The notes: generated from the sequence alone by a model not told the origin. A stretch of DNA of 42,253 bases from Promethearchaeota archaeon (GCA_048939245.1 JBHLPR010000016.1:1-42253); one strand, 5' to 3'. Counted from the first letter of the stretch, positions 9,576-18,943 are shown. Translations and numbers: made by a program.

Positions 9576-10366
9576 TTATTAATTCCATTTGACGGGTTTT
9601 TTATTTTAGGTGGAGATTATGTCGGCGTTTAGCCTCCTCCCTACTCCACTTTTGAGGTCTTAGTCCCGCTACCCGTTATTGTCGCCTAGAATTTTGATCT
9701 CGAACCAGTACCTCAGAGGGGGTATGTGCGTAAATTTGAAAAAAATATTTTGGTTGCCTGGAAATCTAGTTTTTCATACGATAGTATTAATGTCATACTT
9801 TTCGTTTTTGATTTTACAGAATTATTACTTATTGTGTGAAAATCTATTATTTTTGATGTGTTTAAATTGAAATGTACAACGAAATTTTCTGTTTTTTTAT
9901 TATAAGACCAGTTCTTAGACGAATTAGTATATCATTTTTAAATTGTTTTATTTGTATTTAAGTTAATTACCATTTATCTTTTTAGAATATTAAAGCTATT
10001 TTCTGAACTTATTAGTTAAACCTCACATATTTCATAAATATATATAGTAAAAAAATTAATATGCCTTTTTGTTAATTTTTATGAATAATGTTATATATAA
10101 TAAACTCATATTTATTAATAAGAATATATTTCAAAACAATAATTTTTTTACAATAAACAGAAGATTTTTACAGGAATAATGTTGATTTCATTTGTGAAGG
10201 CGCCCTCGTAGATTAACCTTCGAAGCTCTGAGGTGGCGAATGATCTGGCACTTCATTGCAGTGAAAACCAGTACCTCTCCCTTAACAGGGACGTGTTTTC
10301 CGGAGCGTCAAATCCGCTGTAACCTCAGATTTCTTCTTGAGATCCATATTCCAGACGTGATCCATT

Positions 10367-10831
10367 TCATTTTATGGAAACATCAAGTTCGTAAATATTC
10401 GACTTGATTGAAAACTGATGTTCCTTATTCCGAGCAGAAATCTGATAATTTAGTTTTAATGTAGATGATGCTGGAAAGAGAGTTGGGTAAAAATGCGCAA
10501 CGAAGCCAATTTGCTTCATTTGGAGACTAGGGATTTCCTGTTTAATGATTTGAGTTAAGACATTATCGATTTTTGTTATACGGCTTCTCCCGACTTTCTT
10601 ATAGATGCGTTTACGGAACATAAATCCCTTTGAGGGCGATGTTATTTGCACTTTAACGCGTAGGGGAAAATCATAATCGTTGCAAAGAATGAATGTTAAT
10701 TGGTAGGGGATCATTCCGGGTCTAGCGGGCTCTTTTGAAAAATCATCCACTGAGATTTCCCATCTAAGTTTACCTATTACCAGTTGGTCAGAGTTGGATT
10801 CATTTTTTTTCTGCATATTTAGCCCAATCAT
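10367..10831 (-). CDS. hypothetical, probable beta-sandwich (Ig-like) protein
   Basis: Alternating beta-strand pattern (LTFILCN, LRVKVQI, LKLNYQI, IYELDVSI); follows the GTPase on the same strand. Confidence 0.6.
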   Translation of the reverse strand: MIGLNMQKKNESNSDQLVIGKLRWEISVDDFSKEPARPGMIPYQLTFILCNDYDFPLRVKVQITSPSKGFMFRKRIYKKVGRSRITKIDNVLTQIIKQEIPSLQMKQIGFVAHFYPTLFPASSTLKLNYQISARNKEHQFSIKSNIYELDVSIK

Positions 10832-10921
10832 CAGTTTTCTATGTAACTTACACTATTTTTGAATAAATATTAATCATTCTGGGACTGTATAACTCAAAGA
10901 AGCCTAATCACTATTATGATA

Positions 10922-11470
10922 TCAACCATCAATGCTTTCTAATATTTGTGGAGCAATAAGTAGGAAGGGTTTGACAGTATTCATTCCTGTTTTGGCACTT
11001 GTTTCAATGTATGAGAGTTTATAATTTTCAGCAAACTGCTGTATTGATTCATTCTGAACGTTTGGATGTAAGTCGGCTTTGTTGCCAACAAACACCATGG
11101 GGATATCCCCGCATCCTTGTTTCACTTCTTTGATCCAGAAGTCTAGGTGTTCAAGGCTTTCTGGGTTGGCTAAATCGAAGACAAGAACCGCACCACGAGC
11201 CCCCTTGTAGTATTTTTGGCGAACGGGTCCAAATCGTTCTTGACCAGCAGTATCCCAAATCTGTAAACGTAGAGTCTTATTTCCGACATTAATATCCTGG
11301 ATGAAAAAATTCACGCCTAAGGTGATGATGTAGCTGGGGTTGAAAACGCCTTTAACATAGCGAACAATTAGGCTTGTTTTTCCGACTGCAGCATCCCCTA
11401 CCACAACGACTTTAGCCCGGTGTGTATAGGCTGGTCTGTCTGAACGGTATTCGGAGGGGGGTTTAGTCAT
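10922..11470 (-). CDS. Rab-like small GTPase (Ras superfamily)
   Basis: G1 GDAAVGKT, TLGVNF, LQIWDTAGQERF, YYKGA, LVFD, G4 NKAD, G5 ETSAK; no C-terminal Cys. Confidence 0.95.
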   Translation of the reverse strand: MTKPPSEYRSDRPAYTHRAKVVVVGDAAVGKTSLIVRYVKGVFNPSYIITLGVNFFIQDINVGNKTLRLQIWDTAGQERFGPVRQKYYKGARGAVLVFDLANPESLEHLDFWIKEVKQGCGDIPMVFVGNKADLHPNVQNESIQQFAENYKLSYIETSAKTGMNTVKPFLLIAPQILESIDG

Positions 11471-12285
11471 AGGAGTTCCATCACGAGTTTTTGTTGCAAT
11501 TCATATTCTTCAATGCGTTCTTGTTCGGATTTGATTAACGGGGCATAATATTCAAAGAAAAGGGTTTCGTAACTTTCTCGCCGCCGGGTTCGACGGGCTA
11601 TAGCTACTAATTCTTTGAGGATCATACTCAATGTATCAGTAAGCTCTAAGAATTTAACCCGTTCTGGATCAACTTGATCAAAGGATATGACACCGTGCTT
11701 ATCCAAGGTGACTGGGCGTAATGCTGGATCAGTTTTCAAATGGGTTGAGAGGATCCGTTGGATATCCGTGAAATACATGTCACGTGATTGGGTTGTGATG
11801 ATTTTTTGTAGAGTAACATTGTAAAATTGAGTGAATACATCTAGGAGATCCATGACTTTTGCCGTGCGTAAGGTGGCCTCACCAGTTTCCCAATGAGAAA
11901 TAAGGCTGTCAACTAACTCGTCAAAGACGTGGGCACGTCGTGGATCACGCTGATACACTGGGACATGGGAGGTAATATCGGAGAAGTTTTCAAGAAACCG
12001 GTTGTGGAGCATATCCAAGTAATCACCAAATCGTGAAGGGTCGTCCACAAGATCTGTAATGAAGACTAGAAGAATTCCGTTTTCTTCGTCTACTTTGAAG
12101 AAGAATCGGGAATTTCGCATAGTCACCATATCAACAGACTGTGAGGTGATTTTGAGTGCAAGCAGTTCCACACTGGCAAGTAGCCCTGAGAGTAATGTTG
12201 GATTCTCAGTTAGCTCCACCCATGTACGGTGGTACAGGGGTCGTCCTGAGTCCCACGCAATAACATAGAAGCTGTGAATAGCCAT
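11467..12285 (-). CDS. longin-domain protein with helical C-terminal extension
   Basis: N-terminal IHSFYVI-SGRPLY...LLSGLLASV...FFFK...LLVFITD longin pattern; ATGA overlap with the GTPase. Confidence 0.75.
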   Translation of the reverse strand: MAIHSFYVIAWDSGRPLYHRTWVELTENPTLLSGLLASVELLALKITSQSVDMVTMRNSRFFFKVDEENGILLVFITDLVDDPSRFGDYLDMLHNRFLENFSDITSHVPVYQRDPRRAHVFDELVDSLISHWETGEATLRTAKVMDLLDVFTQFYNVTLQKIITTQSRDMYFTDIQRILSTHLKTDPALRPVTLDKHGVISFDQVDPERVKFLELTDTLSMILKELVAIARRTRRRESYETLFFEYYAPLIKSEQERIEEYELQQKLVMELL

Positions 12286-12581
12286 ATCACTCTACCCGAA
12301 GGGTTCAAATCCGCTATCCATATTTAGTGTTAAGGTAGCGTTTCTTTTCCTAAATAAACTGTATCCCTTTTGCTAATCTAAATGAGGGGGGTGCTGGATT
12401 CCGTAATAGAAACAGTGGATAGACAAGATATAAAATTCATTGAAATTAATGAATTTAATGGGTTCTTTCTGCTTTTACAACCGACAAAAAACAAAGAACT
12501 ATCAGTTCTGGTTAAAGTCGTAGTTTTATAGATACTTAAACAAGAGAAAATAATGTAACTTTATTAGAGAAGACGTTTCTG

Positions 12582-13358
12582 GTGACCTTTATGTCCTCTT
12601 CTACGAACATTACAGAAATTGAAGAAGTTGCTAGTCGAGCATGGCCTGCAAAACACACTCACCAGCTAGGTGGCTGGCTGCTCCGTGCAACAGACGGGGT
12701 GACTAGACGGGCGAACAGCGTTTTACCACTAAAATCGCCTGGTACAAATGACCTTGAGAAAGCGATGGCTGTAGTTCAGCAGTTTTACCAAAGTTTCCAG
12801 TTACCTGTACGCTTCCAAATGACATCTTCAAGTCAACCGAAGGAGTTAGATGCCTTTCTTGAATCAGCGGGGCTTATCATCGATATGCAGGTGAAGGTCT
12901 TAACGTCGCCTTTGGATCGGATTTTCCTGCAAGAACCAGAAGTCGGTATTGTGGTATTTGGAGCTCCGTGGAAGGACTGGTATTCCACTTATGCAAAAGC
13001 AGCTGGATTTGATAGAAAGAATATGGCTGTACGTCAAGGGATTATTGAAAGAATCTCTGGCAAAAAAGCGTTTGCAGCTGCGATTATGGGTGATGAGGTT
13101 GTTGGGGTGGGTCTGGGTGTGCAAGAAGGACCCTGGCTAGGATTGTTTTCGTTGGTGACTGAAGAAAAATATCGACGTCAACGAGTGGCATCGACAATTA
13201 CTCAGAGTTTGGTGAATTGGGGTCTCACTCAGAGAGCAACCCAGGCATACCTACAGGTCGAAGAAACCAATGAGCCCGCCCAAAAATTGTATTACGGGTT
13301 GGGTTTCGAGGATGCCTATTCGTATTGGTACCGCGTTCCTGCTTCCAATAATTGTTGA
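12582..13358 (+). CDS. GNAT N-acetyltransferase
   Basis: GWLLRATDGVTRRANSV N-domain; YRRQRVA acetyl-CoA loop; AYLQVEETNEPAQKLY-LGF. Confidence 0.9.
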   Translation: MTFMSSSTNITEIEEVASRAWPAKHTHQLGGWLLRATDGVTRRANSVLPLKSPGTNDLEKAMAVVQQFYQSFQLPVRFQMTSSSQPKELDAFLESAGLIIDMQVKVLTSPLDRIFLQEPEVGIVVFGAPWKDWYSTYAKAAGFDRKNMAVRQGIIERISGKKAFAAAIMGDEVVGVGLGVQEGPWLGLFSLVTEEKYRRQRVASTITQSLVNWGLTQRATQAYLQVEETNEPAQKLYYGLGFEDAYSYWYRVPASNNC

Positions 13359-13576
13359 ACGACTTTCATGAAATGATGCATATTAATCGACTTTGATATG
13401 TGCCATTTGTATTAGATTTCTGGTTTCACGTCATTTTCCATTGACACAAGAAAAAGACATGGAATGGTTTTCAACAGGTTGCCTTACATTTTCGATAATA
13501 TTTCTGTTATTGGGAGAGGAATAAGCAAATGTTGAAATCGAAACACTCAAAACATAGCAAGTGCTAACTCCAAGCG

Positions 13577-13996
13577 TTGGAGGTATTTTTAGTGAATGTT
13601 GAAAAACGCATTGAGGAGCTGATCAAAGACCTTAGTAAGCCAGGTCGCGAAGGCCTTCAAGCGAGTACGGCGCTCTCCGAAATTGGAGCGCTTGCTGTTG
13701 TCCAACTAGTCCGCGTATTAAAAGAAGAAGACGATGATTATACGCGTAAACTCGCGGCGCTTTCATTAGGTAGGATTGGAAAACCTGCAATTGATGCACT
13801 CCTAGATACTATGGAAAGTGAAGACGCGGAGGACCGACGGTATGCCGTGGAAGCTCTCGCTCATATGCCATCCGAACCCAAAGTGCTAGGCGCCATTTTC
13901 CGAGCGCGAAAAGACACAAATGATCGGGTTCGTCAAGCCGCATGGCGTGCTCTTGAACGGTTACCCCCGCAGCATATGGAACGACGTGACGCTTAG
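13577..13996 (+). CDS. HEAT/PBS-lyase repeat protein
   Basis: Repeated R-xx-AA-ALG-IG and VR-xAA-AL units. Confidence 0.85.
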   Translation: MEVFLVNVEKRIEELIKDLSKPGREGLQASTALSEIGALAVVQLVRVLKEEDDDYTRKLAALSLGRIGKPAIDALLDTMESEDAEDRRYAVEALAHMPSEPKVLGAIFRARKDTNDRVRQAAWRALERLPPQHMERRDA

Positions 13997-14173
13997 ACGA
14001 ATTTATGTTCCGTTAATTTGATTTCATGTTTCACATCATTCTAATTGCTACTCTATCTAAGCATCCCAAAACAAGAGAAACATAAATGCAGCCTAAAGTC
14101 AGCACGAATATTAAACACATAAAAGTAAGAGTTATCTAACGTCTTTCAATATCTCGATTTTGAGGGACAGGTA

Positions 14174-16756
14174 TTGGCTACGCACAATAATCTGAAATCC
14201 ATCCTCATTTTATTAATGCTCTTGACCGTGATTCCTTTAGCCTCATCGACTCCCATGAATACCCCCTTACATTTTTTTGAGAACCAGATCATCGGTTCTC
14301 AAAGAGTCGAGGCAAGGATGTTGGATGGAGCGCCTTTAATAGCTCCAGGACCAAATCTTGGAACCACAAATTGGACCCATAACCACATCGAAAATTCAAG
14401 ACTCGAAATATGGCCCAGTGTATCTCTTCCGAGAGACTGGAGCGGTTATCGCACCCCTGACCGATATTCTTGGTTTGCGACCGAACCTCCGTATCATGTC
14501 AGCGAAGGCACCTATTCCGCAGGACAACAAGTACGTTCCAGTTCTGTTCAAACTGGTTGGTCTCAATGGTACCAATCCGGAGTAGCTGCAGACATGCGTA
14601 ATCTTACACTAGATTTGGATTGGTATACTGGAACACTTCCCGACACCAACTGGGATTACTTTATGGTCTATCTCAGATTGAACGATGGCACTTACATGTA
14701 TTACTACCTCACAGGTGCAAATGGCCTCACATTAACGAACTCCTCTTTTCATGTTATGTATAGGATCAATGGACCACTAAATACTTGGAATAACCTCTAT
14801 CGGAATATAACAGCAGATTATCTAGCAGCACCTTTATTTCCGCTTACTATTTCACCAGGCCTTTTGGTAACAAACATCTACTGCTATCTCCAAGCCGGCC
14901 CATCTACATACCAATATATTGAATCCTATTTTGATGATGTCAAGCTCCAGAACGAGACAAGCACATTCATCGGAGGAATAACCCGTAACGGAGACTTAGA
15001 AACGGGGAACTTCAATTATTGGTATAGCTCAGGAAGGAGCGACGAAGCGTACATATTACAGAGTTCAACAGCACACACAGGATTGTCCAGTGCTAACATT
15101 ACAGCATTATCAAATGGCAACTCTAGCACTGCCCAACTCTATCAAGCTCCACGAATACGAATAACAGATCAAAACCAAGGCCGTTTTAGTTGTTGGTGGC
15201 AACTTAACCAATACAATATAGGGAACGGCGATTATGCCATGGTGAATTTTGAATTCTACAATTTCACCAATTACTTCCGAATTTGGTACTTATTTGGATA
15301 CGGAGGTTTCTTTCCCTATTCTAACATGACCTATGATTACTATTTTCTCATTGATAATTTCAACACCACCGGATCTTGGCAATACTTTGAGCGCAACATC
15401 TGGCAAATAAAGTCAGCTCTTTTTGGTTCAGGCGATGCGATTCTAAACAACTTTTACCTATCTGCTCATACGAATAACGCTCAAGCGCATGTAGAACTCC
15501 TAATTGACGATGTAAAATTATCAGCCCGCGCCATAACTGTCGCTGATTTTGAGGATCAACGAGCTCCTGGTACTCCGATTTATGGGTGGAATAACCAGTA
15601 TTCGACTGATGTCAAGGTGACCGATCAGGGATATGGGGGCAGTAAAGCCGCGAATTGCTCCTTCTATGTCTTTGACAACACTTACCTTGAACAGGACCTC
15701 CATCGACGTCCACTCAACAGTACACGTGAAACTTACCTTGATGCCATGTGGCGCCTCGAAGACTTCTCTTTAGGAAGAATTATGTTTCATATCGAGTTCA
15801 GCGATTACCGCGACATTTACTATGTTCTGGGAATCTCGGATTGGAGCTCATATACAAATGGTAGTGGGAATGCTTATTACAACGTGACCGGCAGTGGAAC
15901 TCTCGGGACATGGGTCCAAATGCATCGGGATCTTGTCCACGATTATGAAGCAGCATTTGGCAGCCTGCCAAATCTGGACATGATGTATATTAGTTTCTAC
16001 GCTGAATCGGACAATGCTGCCTTAGAAGTGCTTTTCGACGACCTCTATCTCTATGATGATCCAGCCCCAATTCTGAGTAATGTTGTACATACCCCTCTAA
16101 CACCCAATCATGGACAAGCAGTGCAAATTGAAGTAGATATTGAAGAACAAGACCTCGACACGGCCTGGTTATTCTACCGAGTGGATGGAGGCATATTTAC
16201 TTCGATGCCTATGACCTATCAAACTGGTAACACATACAGAGCCACAATAGCTGGAGAACCCTATAACACAGTTATCGATTACTACTTCCAAGCCAATGAT
16301 ACGTGGGGACTTGCAAGCACCCTTCAAGATGGGGCTATCTACTTCAGCTATACAGTAGACGACCTAACGAACCCCTCGGTCAGCATCACTGCGCCAACAA
16401 GTGGAGATACGGTGAGTGGAACCATCGATGTGGAAGTGACAGCCACCGATGGTGAGAGTGGTATGAATCACGTCGAATTCGCCATCGATGGTGGCACCGT
16501 CCATACAGATACTTCTGCCCCCTACAGCTACACGCTCGATACCACCACACTCACCGATGACTCGCATACCGTCAGTGTAACAGCCTTTGACAACGAGGAT
16601 AACCAAAACAGCGACTCGATAACCATTACGGTATCTAATCAACCCACCACAACCCCTCCACCCCCCGCTATCCCTGGCTTTCCCATCGAAGCCTTAATTC
16701 TCGGTATCAGCGGGGCCATAGGTATGATCTTGGTTATTCGACGCCGACGCCGCTAA
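14174..16756 (+). CDS. large cell-surface (glyco)protein with three repeated beta-sandwich domains, Ig-like domains and a PGF-type C-terminal sorting signal
   Basis: Signal peptide; three W-xxx-R(N/D)(I/L)...DD(V/L)xL repeats; PSVSITAP-SG-TVSG Ig-like domain; PPPP-IPGFP-TM-RRRRR tail; many N-x-S/T sequons. Confidence 0.85.
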   Translation: MATHNNLKSILILLMLLTVIPLASSTPMNTPLHFFENQIIGSQRVEARMLDGAPLIAPGPNLGTTNWTHNHIENSRLEIWPSVSLPRDWSGYRTPDRYSWFATEPPYHVSEGTYSAGQQVRSSSVQTGWSQWYQSGVAADMRNLTLDLDWYTGTLPDTNWDYFMVYLRLNDGTYMYYYLTGANGLTLTNSSFHVMYRINGPLNTWNNLYRNITADYLAAPLFPLTISPGLLVTNIYCYLQAGPSTYQYIESYFDDVKLQNETSTFIGGITRNGDLETGNFNYWYSSGRSDEAYILQSSTAHTGLSSANITALSNGNSSTAQLYQAPRIRITDQNQGRFSCWWQLNQYNIGNGDYAMVNFEFYNFTNYFRIWYLFGYGGFFPYSNMTYDYYFLIDNFNTTGSWQYFERNIWQIKSALFGSGDAILNNFYLSAHTNNAQAHVELLIDDVKLSARAITVADFEDQRAPGTPIYGWNNQYSTDVKVTDQGYGGSKAANCSFYVFDNTYLEQDLHRRPLNSTRETYLDAMWRLEDFSLGRIMFHIEFSDYRDIYYVLGISDWSSYTNGSGNAYYNVTGSGTLGTWVQMHRDLVHDYEAAFGSLPNLDMMYISFYAESDNAALEVLFDDLYLYDDPAPILSNVVHTPLTPNHGQAVQIEVDIEEQDLDTAWLFYRVDGGIFTSMPMTYQTGNTYRATIAGEPYNTVIDYYFQANDTWGLASTLQDGAIYFSYTVDDLTNPSVSITAPTSGDTVSGTIDVEVTATDGESGMNHVEFAIDGGTVHTDTSAPYSYTLDTTTLTDDSHTVSVTAFDNEDNQNSDSITITVSNQPTTTPPPPAIPGFPIEALILGISGAIGMILVIRRRRR

Positions 16757-16774
16757 TCGCACTTTCGTTCCCTA

Positions 16775-16797
16775 GCGCTCAGCACAATGCTGGGCGC
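16775..16797 (+). terminator. GC-rich hairpin after surface-protein gene
   Basis: GCGCTCAGCA-caa-TGCTGGGCGC (one G-U pair) followed by a pyrimidine tract. Confidence 0.6.
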
Positions 16798-16807
16798 CCC
16801 CTTCTAT

Positions 16808-16888
16808 TTTCGATGGGTCGAAAACTGAGGGCAAACCAGTTTAGTACGATGTGAAACGCTTTTTTCTTTCGATGGGTCGAAAACTGAG
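16808..16888. repeat. two identical 22-bp palindromic repeats TTTCGATGGGTCGAAAACTGAG separated by 37 bp
   Basis: Copies at 16808-16829 and 16867-16888. Confidence 0.9.
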
Positions 16889-17120
16889 AGACGCACCCTT
16901 ATGTTTAACATAATACAAAAACAATTAACAAATCCTTAACACAAAAAAACAACAAAAAATCAAGCGTAATAGCTATAACAATCTAAATAAATTAAATCAA
17001 AAAAACACCTAACAAATTCGATGGAAAGAACGTAATACATAGATCAACAACCCAGCAGCAACCCAAAAAACATCAAAAAACACCTTCGAACCCACTTCAA
17101 AGCCCCGAAAACACTGAATT

Positions 17121-17154
17121 TCTATGACGTGAAATAGCTGTTTCATTTCATAGA
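17121..17154. other. 34-bp imperfect palindrome just past the HNH gene stop
   Basis: TCTATGAcgTGAAATAG|CTGTTTCAttTCATAGA. Confidence 0.6.
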
Positions 17155-17162
17155 CGATAAAA

Positions 17163-17777
17163 CTAGACCGCGCTAAGGGCTGTTTGTTGGATTTTCCGGA
17201 TAACTGGACCCAGAACCACCATGTCCTGGTCTGTAAACCAAAGACCTTTGATTGAATTGCACAGGAAACAAATTCGTTGAATATTATCCATAGTGTATCC
17301 CTTTTCGTTATCTATACGATCGACCGTGAACCCACAAATACGTCTTTTTCCTCGTAATCTCTGGAAATGCTTTGATTCCACTTCCGTTAATCCGCAATAC
17401 GGGCAAATTCTTGACTCATGTTTACCAAACCGTTCATCCCATTTTCTAAATTCATTGAATGTGATGTGAAACGGAGTATTGCTTCTTTTAGCCCTTCGTT
17501 CAATTGCATTGTATTGAATTCTCAAACGACGTATACCTGTGTACAGTCTTTTTTGGCGAATTGAAGCACAGGTTTTGCATTCATTGGTTAAGCCACCAGG
17601 TCGATTTTTGTTTTTATGAAATTCACTCTTTGGAAGAAGTTTCCTACAAAGATAGCATCGTTTGTTTCCCTTTTCATGTGAATCATAAGGTTCTAGAACC
17701 ATTTCACCCCCATTCAATGATGTATCTGAATTCATATTTTTTAATATTCGATCATATTTTTTGATTATAAAATCCAC
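17163..17777 (-). CDS. HNH-type endonuclease with N-terminal Zn-binding domain (likely start ATG near 17702)
   Basis: CYLC...CKTC N-terminal motif; CPYCG...VDRIDNEKGY-xxN-xxxx-CFLCN-xxKG core; GGGGTGA SD before MVLEP. Confidence 0.75.
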   Translation of the reverse strand: MDFIIKKYDRILKNMNSDTSLNGGEMVLEPYDSHEKGNKRCYLCRKLLPKSEFHKNKNRPGGLTNECKTCASIRQKRLYTGIRRLRIQYNAIERRAKRSNTPFHITFNEFRKWDERFGKHESRICPYCGLTEVESKHFQRLRGKRRICGFTVDRIDNEKGYTMDNIQRICFLCNSIKGLWFTDQDMVVLGPVIRKIQQTALSAV

Positions 17778-17934
17778 AATTCAAATTCTCACCAAACACC
17801 ATAATAACAAAGATTGGTCTGTGTGCAAGTTTACCCTGTTATGGGGTTTGGGGCAGGGTTTTTGGGTGATTTTTGGGGTGGTATGGTGATATTTTTCAGA
17901 GAAATTGGGTAGTTAATTGTTGTTGACATAGAGT

Positions 17935-18138
17935 ATGCCAGAGGAATTCGCTGATTTTCGGTTTTTGGTTGGTGGAGTGATTCTTGGGATTATTTTTGGT
18001 GTGTTTGTGGGTGTCCCGTTATGGATGATAACTGGCTATCCTGATTATGTGCGGTTGTTCTTTTTTCTTGGAGTGACTATTGGTGGGGCGACAGGTGCGG
18101 TGCTGACTGGGGAATCACGGCGACGGAAAAAGGCCTAA
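17935..18138 (+). CDS. small 2-TM protein
   Basis: 67 aa, two Gly-rich hydrophobic helices, basic C-tail. Confidence 0.65.
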   Translation: MPEEFADFRFLVGGVILGIIFGVFVGVPLWMITGYPDYVRLFFFLGVTIGGATGAVLTGESRRRKKA

Positions 18139-18145
18139 GGTGGGG

Positions 18146-18619
18146 CTATCGGGGGATCCATTTGTGAACCCGTTGTTTGTAAGTTAGGTATTTGTCGCCG
18201 AATTTCTCTTCCAGGATGTGTTCTTCGGCGTTGGCCAAGTAATTATAGCCAATGATGACTACCAGGAGGGGAATGAGGCTGATGAAGGAGAGTGTGGTAA
18301 CCCAGAAGGCAACGTAGAGGAGGATGGATCCAAGATACATGGGGTGACGGACATGGGCGTAGACGCCGTGGTCGACAACATGGGGTTCGGAACCTTCGAA
18401 GACAATATGGGATTTGGACATCAGGTATCCTGAAACAATGAAAATTGGTATTGCTAGAACGACATTGAGGAAAAATGGGATGAGATAAACGTATGCTGTG
18501 AAACGAAAAATAAAGGAATCCAAAGCCCAGACCAGAATGAAGAAAACGAATAATCCAATTTGGAGGGTGTGGCTGCGTCGGGCTTCACCGCCGACGTGTT
18601 TGTAGTGTTTAGATGACAT
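18146..18619 (-). CDS. isoprenylcysteine carboxyl methyltransferase (ICMT/PEMT) family protein
   Basis: GVYAHVRHPMYLG and EE-xL-xxxFG-xxY-xxY-xxxV-xxWIP motifs. Confidence 0.9.
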   Translation of the reverse strand: MSSKHYKHVGGEARRSHTLQIGLFVFFILVWALDSFIFRFTAYVYLIPFFLNVVLAIPIFIVSGYLMSKSHIVFEGSEPHVVDHGVYAHVRHPMYLGSILLYVAFWVTTLSFISLIPLLVVIIGYNYLANAEEHILEEKFGDKYLTYKQRVHKWIPR

Positions 18620-18943
18620 GAGAATTCACTTCAATATTTAGGCACACCTAAACTGACTATTTAAAGTTTCACATATAACAATAAATGGGAAAGCAGCCCA
18701 ATCAGTAACTCACCGAGGGATTGGTGGAATAGAGGAGCAGAATACCTAGGATGAAGCCCAGAATAAACAAGATAATTAAAAGAATACTGGAAAATGACCA
18801 TGAAGAGAAGAAACTTGCACAAAGTTCCATAATAGCCATCAGGTTCTACGCTTTTCCATTATAAGCAATTTCAAGTTACAAGCTTTTCTCTGCCTTTAAC
18901 CTAAAACCTATTGGGTCTTGGGTGATAGTAGTGGTGAATTATT

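Noticed and set aside
9679-9870. 63-aa ORF in the AT island
   Set aside because: TTG start, F/L/I/N-biased translation typical of AT-rich non-coding DNA
9750-10270. Canonical ORB-flanked origin (TTGCAGTGAAAA at about 10256, TTGCCTGGAAA at about 9754)
   Set aside because: Only partial matches to the ORB core, no properly placed G-string, and no orc1/cdc6 in the window
10225-10280. TPP riboswitch or tRNA fragment
   Set aside because: TGATCTGG...CCAG is reminiscent, but the conserved CUGAGA and other core positions and a cloverleaf are absent
16808-16888. Bona fide CRISPR array
   Set aside because: Only two 22-bp repeats and no cas genes; kept as a repeat and a finding instead
16899-16931. 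XerD-arm-like TTTAACATAA as a second dif site
   Set aside because: No matching partner arm at 6-bp spacing on either side
6176-18619. A eukaryote-like CAAX processing pathway (Rce1-like protease, ICMT-like methyltransferase, small GTPase)
   Set aside because: The genes are not adjacent, both enzyme families are widespread in prokaryotes, and the GTPase has no C-terminal Cys
18669-18839. Minus-strand 45-aa hydrophobic ORF (18702-18839) whose TGA read-through would give a U-x-x-C motif
   Set aside because: No SECIS-like structure or selenoprotein homology is visible; probably chance or a gene remnant
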